From IMG/VR virus record IMGVR_UViG_3300015050_000923, positions 1 through 62,520 of that record: DNA of 62,520 nucleotides; one strand, 5' to 3'. The notes beneath the pieces are model-generated. The model saw only the letters and a list, made by a program, of their open reading frames with translations. It was not told the DNA's origin and did not search any database. The stretch comes from a virus. Lineage: Duplodnaviria; Caudoviricetes. Numbering within the stretch: the stretch's first letter is position 1; the number at the start of each line of letters is the position of its first letter. Below are positions 1-8,912 of this stretch, one piece after another. Made by a program: the position numbers and the translations under genes.

Positions 1-115
1 CGGGTACCGGCTGGCATTCAGCGGCAGCCGGACCTACCACCGCATGGCGGTAGCTATCGAGGACGCGGGCTTCGAGATCCGCGACCAGATCATGTGGATT
101 TACGGCAGCGGATTT
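1..115 (+). repeat. Terminal direct repeat, copy 1 (circular overlap)
   Basis: Identical to 62344-62458 except G9 vs T62352. Confidence 0.97.
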
Positions 116-1000
116 CCCAAGAGCCTCAACCTCGACGGCGACCGCCAAGGCTGGGGTACCGCCTTGAAGCCAGCCCACGAGCCCATCTGCATGGCGCGCA
201 AGCCACTGATCGGGACCGTGGCCGCCAACGTGCTGGCCCATGGCACTGGGGCGCTGAATATCGACGGTTGCCGCATCGAAAGCGGAGTTGACTACTCAGA
301 ACTCAAGGTCACCCAGGGCGGCAATCATCGTCACGATGTTGGATTGACTGAAAAGACGCGCCACGCTGAATTTGTGCCGGGGTCTGGCCGCTGGCCAGCC
401 AACGTCATCCACGACGGCAGCGACGATGTGCTGACTGCCTTCCCTGCAGCAACCGGACAGAAGGCTGATCTGAGCTCGAGCGCGCCCAGCGCCAAGCTGT
501 CGAGCGTCTACGAAGGCGGCCCCATGCCGCGCAGTGGGGAGGCATCGCAGGACAGCAACAACGAGGGTGCCGTCGGCTTCAAGATGAAGCCCGGCGCTAG
601 GCGCCTGGACGAAGGCAGCGCAGCCAGATTCTTCTATTGCGCCAAGGCCAGCCGCGAGGACCGCAATGAAGGATTGCCACAGGGGGCAGCACCAGCGGTT
701 GCCCAGAACGCCACCATGCGCGAGCGCGAGGACGCCGACTGGCCGACGCGCAACGGCAACCACCACCCAACCGTCAAGCCCACTGATCTGATGGCTTACC
801 TGTGCCGCCTGGTCACACCGCCCGGCGGTACCGTCCTTGACCCGTTCATGGGCAGCGGCAGCACCGGCAAGGCCGCAGTACTCGAGGGCTTCAATTTCAT
901 CGGCATTGACCTGTCGCCGGAATACGTGGCGATCGCCCGAGCGCGCATCGACCACGCCCAGCGGCAGGGCCACCAGCCATCCCTGTTGGAGGCCGCATAA
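44..1000 (+). CDS. DNA N6-adenine/N4-cytosine methyltransferase, C-terminal part (gene begins at 62084 and crosses the junction, about 419 aa)
   Basis: HPTVKP and VLDPFMGSGSTG motifs; in frame with the DPPY-containing N-terminus at 62084. Confidence 0.93.
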   Translation: MAVAIEDAGFEIRDQIMWIYGSGFPKSLNLDGDRQGWGTALKPAHEPICMARKPLIGTVAANVLAHGTGALNIDGCRIESGVDYSELKVTQGGNHRHDVGLTEKTRHAEFVPGSGRWPANVIHDGSDDVLTAFPAATGQKADLSSSAPSAKLSSVYEGGPMPRSGEASQDSNNEGAVGFKMKPGARRLDEGSAARFFYCAKASREDRNEGLPQGAAPAVAQNATMREREDADWPTRNGNHHPTVKPTDLMAYLCRLVTPPGGTVLDPFMGSGSTGKAAVLEGFNFIGIDLSPEYVAIARARIDHAQRQGHQPSLLEAA

Positions 1001-1261
1001 ATGGCCACCGCCACCCATCCCCAAGCCATGACCCCAGCCGAGCGGGATGCCCACATCCAGAGCTGCAGCGACCACTTCCTGGCCGCCTATCGCCGGTTTG
1101 AGGACTACGGCCTGCCCAGCGACAGGGATGAGGCCTACCAGTGGCTCCACCTGCGCGACCAGGCAGCACGCGAGCGGCTCGTCGACAAGGGCAATGACTT
1201 TTTTCAAACGGCCGGCGCACAGGATGCGCTGGTTTTGAGGCAGGAGCCTGTTCATGGCTGA
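1001..1261 (+). CDS. Hypothetical protein
   Basis: Abuts methylase stop, overlaps next start. Confidence 0.7.
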   Translation: MATATHPQAMTPAERDAHIQSCSDHFLAAYRRFEDYGLPSDRDEAYQWLHLRDQAARERLVDKGNDFFQTAGAQDALVLRQEPVHG

Positions 1262-2207
1262 CTGGATCAAGATGCGAACCAGCCTGTTGACCAATCCCAA
1301 GGTCAGCAAGATGGCGCGCACGCTGCTGGCAAACCCGGATTTTCGGGAGTGGTACGGCAACCCGGAAATCAGTGATGCGACGTCACAAGCCGTCACGTTG
1401 CGTCACGTGACGGTCGTGACGCGTGTGACGGTGGGTGGGCTTTTGCCGGTCTGGGCGAGCGTAAATGAGAGCGCCGGCCGTGACGGTCATCTGCGTCACG
1501 CCAGCCTTTTCGACATCGATGCGATGTCGGGAATACCCGGATTCGGTGCCGCCATGGAGGCCGTTGACTGGCTCACCGTGCTGCCCGGAAACGAGGGCCT
1601 GGAATTCGGGAATTTCATTGAGCACAACACCCCCGGACAGGAGCGTTCGACTCACGCCAAAACCGCTGCCGAACGGGCCAAAGAATACCGCGATCGCAAG
1701 GCTGCCGAGAAGGCTGCTGCCGTCACGAACGGCGTCACGAAAAAACGTGACGCGTCACGTGACGCCGTCACCACAGAGAAGAGTAGAGGAGAAGAGAACT
1801 CTTCTTCACTACGTTCAGAAGAGAGCGCCAGCAAGCCGGCTTTCCCTGCCAAGCCCAAAAAAATAACCCTGAAGACCTACCTCGACGAGTGCAGGCAGGC
1901 CGGATGCAAACCGCTGCCGCCGGAGCACTCGATTCGGGTTTACTGCCGGGACGCTGGCATCAGCGACGAAATGCTGGCCGTGGCCTGGTGCGTGTTCCGC
2001 GATGACTACACGCAGACCGCGACCAAGAAAAACAAAAAGTACATCGACTGGCCCGGCCACTTCGCCAATGCGGTGAAGGGGTGCTGGGGCAAGGTTTGGT
2101 ACACGGACACCGCTGGTTCGGTGGTTTGGTCCAGTGTGGGCCTACAAGAAAAAGCCGTGCTCGACGCGCGCGCCAGAGCAAGGGAGACCATCAGTGAACC
2201 AGCCTGA
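1254..2207 (+). CDS. Replication initiator protein (lambda O-like position)
   Basis: MADWIKMR N-terminus typical of phage initiators, internal iterons, directly upstream of DnaB. Confidence 0.8.
   Translation: MADWIKMRTSLLTNPKVSKMARTLLANPDFREWYGNPEISDATSQAVTLRHVTVVTRVTVGGLLPVWASVNESAGRDGHLRHASLFDIDAMSGIPGFGAAMEAVDWLTVLPGNEGLEFGNFIEHNTPGQERSTHAKTAAERAKEYRDRKAAEKAAAVTNGVTKKRDASRDAVTTEKSRGEENSSSLRSEESASKPAFPAKPKKITLKTYLDECRQAGCKPLPPEHSIRVYCRDAGISDEMLAVAWCVFRDDYTQTATKKNKKYIDWPGHFANAVKGCWGKVWYTDTAGSVVWSSVGLQEKAVLDARARARETISEPA
1381..1771. repeat. Putative replication origin iterons (CGTCAC/GTGACG hexamers in two main clusters)
   Basis: CGTCAC at 1381,1391,1401,1494,1721,1733,1753,1766; GTGACG at 1407,1416,1425,1480,1747,1759; purine-rich tract follows. 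Confidence 0.75.
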
Positions 2208-3624
2208 CCGACAAATAGCCCAGCTGCGCGTGCCGCCGCACTCCATCGAGGGCGAATCCAGCGTGCTGGGCGGCCTGATGCTGGACCCCAGCGCATGGGA
2301 TAACGTCGGCGACTTGCTGACCGACGAGGATTTTTACCGGCACGAGCACAAGCTGATTTTTGCCGCCGTCGGCGCGCTGATCAACGCCATGAAGCCAGCC
2401 GACGTGGTTTCCGTGTTCGTGCACCTGCAGCACGACGGCAAGGAAAACGAGGTCGGCGGCCTGGGCTACCTGAACTCGCTGGCCCAGTATGTGCCGAGCG
2501 CCAGCAACATCCGCCGCTACGCCGAGATCGTGCGTGAGCGCTCCATCCTGCGCAAGCTGGTGGCCGCCAGCGACGAGATCGCCACCAACGCCTTCAACCC
2601 GCAGGGCAGGCCAGTCGCCGAGATCCTGGACGAATGCGAGCAGAAGCTGCTTTCCATCGGCGAGGCAGGTTCACGCATGAAAAAGGGCTTCCAGCCCATG
2701 GACAAGCTGGTGGTGCAGGTGCTGAACACCATCACCGACTTGTCCGAAAACCCGGACAAGCTGCCCGGCACCACGACCGGTTACCACGACCTGGACCGGT
2801 TGACCGCCGGATTGCAGGCCGGAGACTTGATCATCGTGGCGGCCAGGCCATCCATGGGCAAGACGGCCCTGGCCATCAACATCGCCGAGCACGTGGCGCT
2901 GCACGAAGGCCTGCCTGTGGGTGTGTTTTCCATGGAGATGGGCGCGGCCCAGCTGGCGACCCGCACCCTCGGATCCATCGGGCGCATCAACCAGACCAAC
3001 ATGCGGACCGGCCAGCTGACCAGCGACGAGTGGCCGCGCCTGACGGCCGCCGTAGAAACGCTGCGCAACATCGAAATGCACATCGACGAGACCGGCGGCC
3101 AGACGATCAGCGAACTTCGCGCCAGCGCGCGCCGCCTGAAAAAGCAGTGCGGTGGCAAGCTGGGCCTGCTGGTGGTGGACTACATCCAGCTGATGGCCGT
3201 GTCAGCCAGCATGAGCGAGGAAAACCGCGCCACTGCTGTCGGTGAAATCTCCCGCGGATTGAAGCTGCTGGCCAAGGAGCTGCACTGCCCGGTGATCGCG
3301 CTGTCCCAGTTGAGCCGCGCCGTCGAATCCCGGACCGACAAGCGGCCAATGATGAGCGACCTGCGAGAGTCCGGCGCCATCGAGCAGGACGCCGACGTGA
3401 TCATGTTCATCTACCGGGATGAGTACTACACCAAGGAACGCTGCACCGAGCCTGGTGTGGCCGAAATCATCATCTCCAAGCAGCGCAGCGGGCCGACCGG
3501 CACCGTGAAGCTGGCATTCCTCAACCACCTGACGCGCTTCGAGAGCCTGGCGCCGGGCCACATGCGGGCCGATGTCAAGCTGCCGGCCGCGCGCGGGCGC
3601 CTTCCCTACACGGACGAAGTATGA
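2194..3624 (+). CDS. dnaB: Replicative DNA helicase
   Basis: PPHSIEGE N-terminus, Walker A AARPSMGKT, VVDYIQLM, LSQLSR, DLRESGAIEQDAD; GTG start at 2194. Confidence 0.97.
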   Translation: MNQPDRQIAQLRVPPHSIEGESSVLGGLMLDPSAWDNVGDLLTDEDFYRHEHKLIFAAVGALINAMKPADVVSVFVHLQHDGKENEVGGLGYLNSLAQYVPSASNIRRYAEIVRERSILRKLVAASDEIATNAFNPQGRPVAEILDECEQKLLSIGEAGSRMKKGFQPMDKLVVQVLNTITDLSENPDKLPGTTTGYHDLDRLTAGLQAGDLIIVAARPSMGKTALAINIAEHVALHEGLPVGVFSMEMGAAQLATRTLGSIGRINQTNMRTGQLTSDEWPRLTAAVETLRNIEMHIDETGGQTISELRASARRLKKQCGGKLGLLVVDYIQLMAVSASMSEENRATAVGEISRGLKLLAKELHCPVIALSQLSRAVESRTDKRPMMSDLRESGAIEQDADVIMFIYRDEYYTKERCTEPGVAEIIISKQRSGPTGTVKLAFLNHLTRFESLAPGHMRADVKLPAARGRLPYTDEV

Positions 3625-3875
3625 CCACCATCACCGAACAACAAACAGCGCCGCAATCCGGCCAGGCGCTCGGCCCCCGCGTCCGCATCGGTTCGCTGTG
3701 GGAGGTCTTCAACAACAGCGAACGGTATCTCGCGCGAGTGGAGGGCTACAACCCCGACCGCGTGCTGATCCGCCGGGTTGTGGCGTCCAACATTACCGCC
3801 ACGCCGACCCTGGCGCTCTGGTCCATGTTCACCAACCGCGCTGGCGGGTACACACTTTTCAAGGAAGCACCATGA
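3621..3875 (+). CDS. Hypothetical protein
   Basis: ATGA overlaps on both sides. Confidence 0.7.
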   Translation: MTTITEQQTAPQSGQALGPRVRIGSLWEVFNNSERYLARVEGYNPDRVLIRRVVASNITATPTLALWSMFTNRAGGYTLFKEAP

Positions 3876-4411
3876 TCGTCATCGGCATCGACCCGGGCCT
3901 GTCCGGCGCCTGCAGCATCATCGACCACAACGGGTTGCGCGCCGTCTTCGACTTGCCGGTGATGAAAATCCCCGGCGTCGGGCCGAAGGCGCTGGTGCAG
4001 AACAAGATCGACGGCCGCGCTTTCTGCGCGCTTCTGCTGAAGCACTGCCCGGCCGCCGAGGGAAAGCCCACCGTGGTGCTGGAAGCAGTGGGCACCATGG
4101 GAGGCGCAAACAACGCCGTGCAGACGCAGGGCTCCCTGCTGCGCTCGCTGGGCGCGCTGGAGACGGTGGCGGAATGCCTCAAGTTCCCGCTGACCTATGC
4201 CAACACACAGACGTGGAAGCGGTTCTACGGCCTGGTGGTGCCCAAGGACTTGACCATGACCGATTCGCAGCGCTCAGCCGATGCCAAGCGTCGGGCCATG
4301 GCGAAGGCGAGGGCGCTTTACCCGGCCTGCGAGGACATCGGGCGCGTGAAGGACCACAACCGAGCCGAGAGCCTGCTCATCGCTCACTGGTATCGGAGCA
4401 CTCAAAAATGA
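3872..4411 (+). CDS. RuvC-like Holliday junction resolvase
   Basis: IGIDPG, VVLE, WKR and HNRAESLLIA motifs. Confidence 0.85.
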   Translation: MIVIGIDPGLSGACSIIDHNGLRAVFDLPVMKIPGVGPKALVQNKIDGRAFCALLLKHCPAAEGKPTVVLEAVGTMGGANNAVQTQGSLLRSLGALETVAECLKFPLTYANTQTWKRFYGLVVPKDLTMTDSQRSADAKRRAMAKARALYPACEDIGRVKDHNRAESLLIAHWYRSTQK

Positions 4412-4929
4412 AAAAGGCTGCTCTTGCGCAGCAGCGGTTTGGGCGGTGGCTCGTAACCGGAGCGGCGGAATCGCGCGTCACACCTGGAGGCAGCACGAAA
4501 GCGTATTGGCGCTGCATTTGCGACTGTGGCATCACCAAGGAAGTGCGAGCAGAACATCTTCGGCTCGGGCGCACGGATTCTTGCGGTTGCCTCAAGCGGG
4601 AACTGGCAGCAGAACAGAAATTCGTTCACGGAGGGACCGGCACTGCTCTTTATGACGTCTGGGTGCAAATGATCCAGCGCTGCGAGAACCCCAAGAACAA
4701 GCGGTACCCAGATTGGGGAGGGCGTGGAATTGCTGTTTGCGATAGGTGGCACGACTTTGCGCTATTCCGTGAAGACATGGGTGAGCCGCCAGAAAGAACG
4801 TCAATTGATCGGATCGACAACGACAAAAACTACATGCCAGGCAACTGCAGATGGTCTACCGCCCTTGAACAGGCGAAGAACAAGCGCCCGTATGGCTCCG
4901 GAGCAATCGCCAAAGGAGCAGCCGCATGA
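4408..4929 (+). CDS. HNH homing endonuclease-like protein
   Basis: RFGRWLV, WRCICDCG, SCGC, GGRGIAVC, SIDRIDNDKNYMPGNCRW. Confidence 0.88.
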   Translation: MKKAALAQQRFGRWLVTGAAESRVTPGGSTKAYWRCICDCGITKEVRAEHLRLGRTDSCGCLKRELAAEQKFVHGGTGTALYDVWVQMIQRCENPKNKRYPDWGGRGIAVCDRWHDFALFREDMGEPPERTSIDRIDNDKNYMPGNCRWSTALEQAKNKRPYGSGAIAKGAAA

Positions 4930-5147
4930 TCCAGCTCGCCATAGCCGTGTTCGGCCTGACCTCCATGTGGATGGCTCTGGGCAATTCCGCGCCGCTGCGA
5001 AAGTGGGCGCCGGTCCTGGGACTGGTCGGCCAGCCGTTCTGGTTCATGGCCACCGTGCCGACAGAGCAGTGGGGAATGGTGGCGCTGTGCGTGGCGTACA
5101 CGGCGGTTTACATCAACGGCGTCCGGGTTCAGTGGTGGAAAAAATGA
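4926..5147 (+). CDS. Small 3-TM membrane protein (PnuC/SemiSWEET-like size)
   Basis: Three hydrophobic segments, GQPFW motif, coupled starts/stops. Confidence 0.65.
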   Translation: MIQLAIAVFGLTSMWMALGNSAPLRKWAPVLGLVGQPFWFMATVPTEQWGMVALCVAYTAVYINGVRVQWWKK

Positions 5148-5362
5148 TCACGAACCCCTGGAATCTCACCGAGCGCGAAGCCACCGCGATGACAGCCGTG
5201 ATCCAGCACGGGCGGTCAAAGACAGCCGCGCGCGCCATGGGCATCAGCCACAGGACCGTGGAGGTCTATTTCTGCGGCGCCCGCAAAAAGATGGGTGTCA
5301 GCAGCCTGGTGCAGGCCGCGGTTGCGTGGGACCGGCATTTGCGTGAGCAGGTGGTCGCATGA
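5144..5362 (+). CDS. Stand-alone LuxR/GerE-type HTH protein
   Basis: LTERE...G.S..AARAMGISHRTVEVY...ARKKMGV. Confidence 0.85.
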   Translation: MITNPWNLTEREATAMTAVIQHGRSKTAARAMGISHRTVEVYFCGARKKMGVSSLVQAAVAWDRHLREQVVA

Positions 5363-5619
5363 CAGTTTGCGTGAAGTGCCACCGGCCGCTGAAAGCGCCA
5401 ACCCCAACGGGAATGGGCCCCGTGTGCTCGCGCCGAGCGCAGGTCCAGCCTGTTCCTGACCACGAGCGGGATCTGTTTGGGTATTCGGTCGACAAAGCAG
5501 TTGCTGCTGCCCTATACCGCCTGCAGGTGCACGTCGACTCAATGGCGGCCGAGGCGCACATGGAAGTGAAAAAAGGGTTTCACCGTGCCCGAGTGCTGCT
5601 GCTGGGATGGCAGCTATGA
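5359..5619 (+). CDS. Zn-ribbon protein (DUF6011-like)
   Basis: CVKCHRPL...GMGPVC. Confidence 0.7.
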   Translation: MTVCVKCHRPLKAPTPTGMGPVCSRRAQVQPVPDHERDLFGYSVDKAVAAALYRLQVHVDSMAAEAHMEVKKGFHRARVLLLGWQL

Positions 5620-5999
5620 AGTGGCTCAACCGAGACCTGATCGTCGGGCCCTTCCTGACGCTCGTTCTTTCCGAGAGGGAATGCCATAAGGCGTTTCGTC
5701 ATTGCAGGCTACCCAAGGACAAGTGGGTGCCATGGATGAAGTCTGATCACGCTGATGCAACCATGCACTGGCTGACCAACCCGAACGGAAATCTCGTTTG
5801 TATTGTGGCTTTGCGAGTGCGCCCGGGTATCTCTGGCGTTCAGGCTGCTTCGATTCTGGTGCACGAGGCCGTGCATGTCTGGCAGGAGTTCAGGCGGCGA
5901 ATTGGCGAGGAAAATCCGTCCGCGGAATTTGAGGCTTACGCCATACAGGCCATTTCACAACGGCTGATGGAAGCCTATGCGGCGAGGTATATGCCATGA
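5616..5999 (+). CDS. Hypothetical protein with HExxH metallopeptidase-like motif
   Basis: LVHEAVH...EFEAY. Confidence 0.7.
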   Translation: MKWLNRDLIVGPFLTLVLSERECHKAFRHCRLPKDKWVPWMKSDHADATMHWLTNPNGNLVCIVALRVRPGISGVQAASILVHEAVHVWQEFRRRIGEENPSAEFEAYAIQAISQRLMEAYAARYMP

Positions 6000-6298
6000 G
6001 CCGCAATCCACCACGCATCCCCCGCCCAGCCATGGACCGCGCCGGCATGCGCCGAGCCTTTCACGGCCACATCCTGGAGGCCTTCTCCTGCCACACCGGC
6101 TACAGCCAAAAGGAAATGAAGGACCTGCTGGTCTGGATGTTCTGCCCAGCCCAGTTCGACGACGACGGCGTGATGGTGGACGACACCGACAAGCACACCG
6201 CCGCCCTGAGCGACCAGCAGTTCAGCCGCTTCCTCCTCGAAGTGCAGGCATGGGGCGCGAGCTTCCTGGGGATGATTTTTATCGAGCAAGAAAGCTGA
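5996..6298 (+). CDS. NinB-like recombination protein
   Basis: TAALSDQQFSRFLLEVQAWGA C-terminal signature, nin-region position. Confidence 0.65.
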   Translation: MSRNPPRIPRPAMDRAGMRRAFHGHILEAFSCHTGYSQKEMKDLLVWMFCPAQFDDDGVMVDDTDKHTAALSDQQFSRFLLEVQAWGASFLGMIFIEQES

Positions 6299-6337
6299 CG
6301 CGCCGCAGCTGCCAGGGCGCAACAACAGGAGATTTTT

Positions 6338-6805
6338 ATGAACCACGTGCAATCCCCCGCGACAGGCGACAGCGCCATCGAACAGGAAATTCAGACCAAG
6401 GGCAAGACGGCGCCGCGCGTGACGCCGGCTGACCTGCAGGCCAACATTGCCAGCGAGCACTACTTCACCGCGCAGCAGGGCGTGCTGGCCGAAGTCAGGG
6501 ACGGCGGGACGGGCGGCATTTACGCCGGCGACCATGAGGTGCCTATCTCCATCCAGGCGCTGGGCCTCCTGACCTTCTGTGTTTTGGTCCTGCGCAACGG
6601 CTTCACCGTCACCGGTGAATCGGCCTGTGCAAGCCCGGAGAACTACGACGAAGCCATCGGCCGCAAGATCGCCCGCGAAAACGCCGTGCAGAAGGTCTGG
6701 CCGCTCATGGGCTACGCGCTCAAGACCGAACTCACACGCCCGGTGCTGACCGAGGCCGACGCTGCCGCCGATCTGGCCGGCACGCCGAGACCCGCGCGCG
6801 CCTGA
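6338..6805 (+). CDS. Gp49 family (N4 gp49/Sf6 gp66-like) protein
   Basis: APRVT...LTFCVLVLRNGFTVTGESACASPENYDEAIGRKIA; strong RBS CAGGAG. Confidence 0.88.
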   Translation: MNHVQSPATGDSAIEQEIQTKGKTAPRVTPADLQANIASEHYFTAQQGVLAEVRDGGTGGIYAGDHEVPISIQALGLLTFCVLVLRNGFTVTGESACASPENYDEAIGRKIARENAVQKVWPLMGYALKTELTRPVLTEADAAADLAGTPRPARA

Positions 6806-6811
6806 CCCGCC

Positions 6812-6907
6812 ATGGACGGACTTCACGCAATGGAAATGGCTGGCGCGGTGGTGATCGCAGTGGCGGTTATTTGCTTCCTGCTCTGGCTTGGAAGCCTCCT
6901 TTTTTAG
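6812..6907 (+). CDS. 31-aa single-TM microprotein A (below the ORF-track cutoff)
   Basis: MDGLHAMEMAGAVVIAVAVICFLLWLGSLLF; fills the intergenic gap. Confidence 0.55.
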   Translation: MDGLHAMEMAGAVVIAVAVICFLLWLGSLLF

Positions 6908-6945
6908 GCCCAGCGGCCCGGGTATGAGGGCGCACAACTGGAGAA

Positions 6946-7278
6946 ATGAAGATGGAAACAGGATACGCAAACAGCAATTCGCGCCACCATGCCGCAGGGC
7001 AGCTGGCAACCGCCGACAACCCCATGGGTGAGTCCGTTGTTTCCCGCGCGATCAACAACCTGCAGGAAGAAGTCAACGGGCGGTCAGTGCAAATCGACAT
7101 GCTCTGCGGCCGCATCGGCGCCGCCAGCCGGCCGTGCGCGCAACTTGCCAGCGGGCAAACCGAAAAGCTTGTCGAGCCCACCACCAGCCTTCTGACCAAG
7201 AAGATCGACGACCAGGCGAAGCGCGTCCGCATGCTGTCCAACCAGGTGGCCATGGCGATCGAAGGCCTCGAGCTGTAA
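6946..7278 (+). CDS. Hypothetical coiled-coil protein
   Basis: GGAG RBS, operon position. Confidence 0.7.
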   Translation: MKMETGYANSNSRHHAAGQLATADNPMGESVVSRAINNLQEEVNGRSVQIDMLCGRIGAASRPCAQLASGQTEKLVEPTTSLLTKKIDDQAKRVRMLSNQVAMAIEGLEL

Positions 7279-7288
7279 CGGCCACGCC

Positions 7289-7384
7289 ATGCAAGACCAG
7301 CCCTCCATTGAATCCATCTGCCTCGTGGTGATCGTCATCGCAGTGCTGGGGACCATTGGGGTGCTGGTGATGGCGCTTTTTTAA
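7289..7384 (+). CDS. 31-aa single-TM microprotein B
   Basis: MQDQPSIESICLVVIVIAVLGTIGVLVMALF; fills the intergenic gap. Confidence 0.55.
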   Translation: MQDQPSIESICLVVIVIAVLGTIGVLVMALF

Positions 7385-7387
7385 CTG

Positions 7388-7819
7388 ATGGAGAACGACT
7401 TGGACACTGTTGAATTTATCGAGACCCGGCAAAAGTTGAACCGGGTGCTGCTGCCCGACCGGTTCCAGTACCGGCCGGAAAAGGGGTGGGCGTGGTTGCA
7501 GCGCGTGTGTTTCTGGTTTCTGCGCCGGCGCAACTGCAATGTTGTAGAGGAGCAGGTTACCTACACCCGCCACACCGTCGACACGGCAAACGCTCTACAC
7601 GCGATCGCCAAGCAGCGAGCCGGCCTGCTGCAACACTACAACCACGAAGGCGAGCGCGTCCTGATTGGAGCCGAGGACTTCGCGCAGTTGATGAGCAGCC
7701 CTGAGATTAGCAACATGGTCAGCTTCACCGCGTCCTACAGGGACGGGCCGCAGGTCATGGGGATGCGGATCACGGTGTTGCCGTGGATGCGCGGCATTCT
7801 CGTTTTGCCGAGGCTGTAA
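7388..7819 (+). CDS. Hypothetical protein
   Basis: Operon continuity. Confidence 0.7.
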   Translation: MENDLDTVEFIETRQKLNRVLLPDRFQYRPEKGWAWLQRVCFWFLRRRNCNVVEEQVTYTRHTVDTANALHAIAKQRAGLLQHYNHEGERVLIGAEDFAQLMSSPEISNMVSFTASYRDGPQVMGMRITVLPWMRGILVLPRL

Positions 7820-7822
7820 ACC

Positions 7823-8359
7823 ATGTTGGTCAGACGCCCCTTCACCCCCAAGCCCAGGCCCGACCGCGCCCCTATGGCATGGCCTGGCCAGCAAAACTTC
7901 GCACCCGCAAGCCGGGCCGACGGGGCAGGGGAGGCGTGCCCGAAGTCGCCGCGGCTGGAAAACCCGAACCTGCTGAAGCTGGCCAGGGGGAAGCCCTGTC
8001 TGCTGCTGAGCCCGATCTGCCAAGGCGGCACCGGCACCACGGTGGCCTGCCATGGCGCAGGGGTGGCCAACGGCAAGGGCATGGGCTACAAGGTTTCGGA
8101 TTTCCTCACTGTCTGGGGTTGCCATTCCTGCAACCACTACACCGACGCCTACAACGGCGCGACGAAAGAGCAGAAGCAGGCGGTCTTTGAGGCCGGCCAC
8201 CGGCGGCAGGTCATCGAATGGCAGCGCATTGTGGGCGACATGAGCTTCACACCCCGGGAGCGTGCGGCCGCACATTGGGCCCTCCTGCTTTTGGAGCCAA
8301 ATCCGCCTCCAGCCCTTGATACACGGGAACAAGCAGCTATGAAAGGTATAGCAACATGA
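7823..8359 (+). CDS. DUF1364/YbcO-like Zn-binding nuclease-domain protein
   Basis: ARGKPC..., TTVACH, GKGMGYK.SD, GCHSCN. Confidence 0.8.
   Translation: MLVRRPFTPKPRPDRAPMAWPGQQNFAPASRADGAGEACPKSPRLENPNLLKLARGKPCLLLSPICQGGTGTTVACHGAGVANGKGMGYKVSDFLTVWGCHSCNHYTDAYNGATKEQKQAVFEAGHRRQVIEWQRIVGDMSFTPRERAAAHWALLLLEPNPPPALDTREQAAMKGIAT
8296..8352 (+). repeat. REP-like dispersed element, copy 1
   Basis: CAGC-N22-GCTAT-N7-ATAGC. Confidence 0.75.
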
Positions 8360-8616
8360 AAACCGCAATCTACATCGAGGACGGCGTCGTCCAGCTGGTG
8401 CTGACACCAGAAAGCGACTTTGAGAAGAACGCCCTGAAGTCCTTCCACGAGAAGCCAACCACCACCAACATATTCTCCGGCTCGTTTTACGACTGCCGTG
8501 GTGGATGGGTGCGGCAAAAGGAGCACTACCCCACGCTGCACGGCTGCGGAAACCAAGGCGAAGACAAGAGCCTCATCTTGCGCATCGAGAATACGCCGCC
8601 AGCCGACGGCCAGTAA
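8356..8616 (+). CDS. Hypothetical protein
   Basis: MKTAIYIEDG; ATGA overlap. Confidence 0.7.
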   Translation: MKTAIYIEDGVVQLVLTPESDFEKNALKSFHEKPTTTNIFSGSFYDCRGGWVRQKEHYPTLHGCGNQGEDKSLILRIENTPPADGQ

Positions 8617-8642
8617 GCCAAGCAAGCTATGAATTCAGGAGC
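8589..8642 (+). repeat. REP-like dispersed element, copy 2
   Basis: CAGC-N22-GCTAT-N7-GGAGC. Confidence 0.7.
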
Positions 8643-8648
8643 AAGACC

Positions 8649-8912
8649 ATGAGTGAAGCGCTGCTCAACACCATCGGAGACCCCGATTGGCTCAAGAAGA
8701 ATGCCGACGGGATTCTTGAAGCTCTCCCGGAAACCTGGACGCACATGCACAACCTGAACGGCCCGGCCCTAGGATTCAAGCTCAAGTTGCTCGGCGTGGA
8801 CTGGCGATCCGAAGACGAGTTCGGGAAGTGCATGGTCTTTCTGGAGCGCGTGGGTATTTTGAAGCGCGATGGTTTGTTGGTGCGCAGGGGCGCGATGGTC
8901 TGGAGGAAATAA
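8649..8912 (+). CDS. Hypothetical protein
   Basis: RBS CAGGAG lies within repeat copy 2. Confidence 0.65.
   Translation: MSEALLNTIGDPDWLKKNADGILEALPETWTHMHNLNGPALGFKLKLLGVDWRSEDEFGKCMVFLERVGILKRDGLLVRRGAMVWRK

Noticed and set aside
3572-5362. Long N-terminal extensions in the ORF track (3572, 3778, 4724 starts) suggesting overlapping genes
   Set aside because: Motif-bearing parts start at coupled ATGs 3872, 4408 and 5144; extensions are out-of-frame reads of upstream genes
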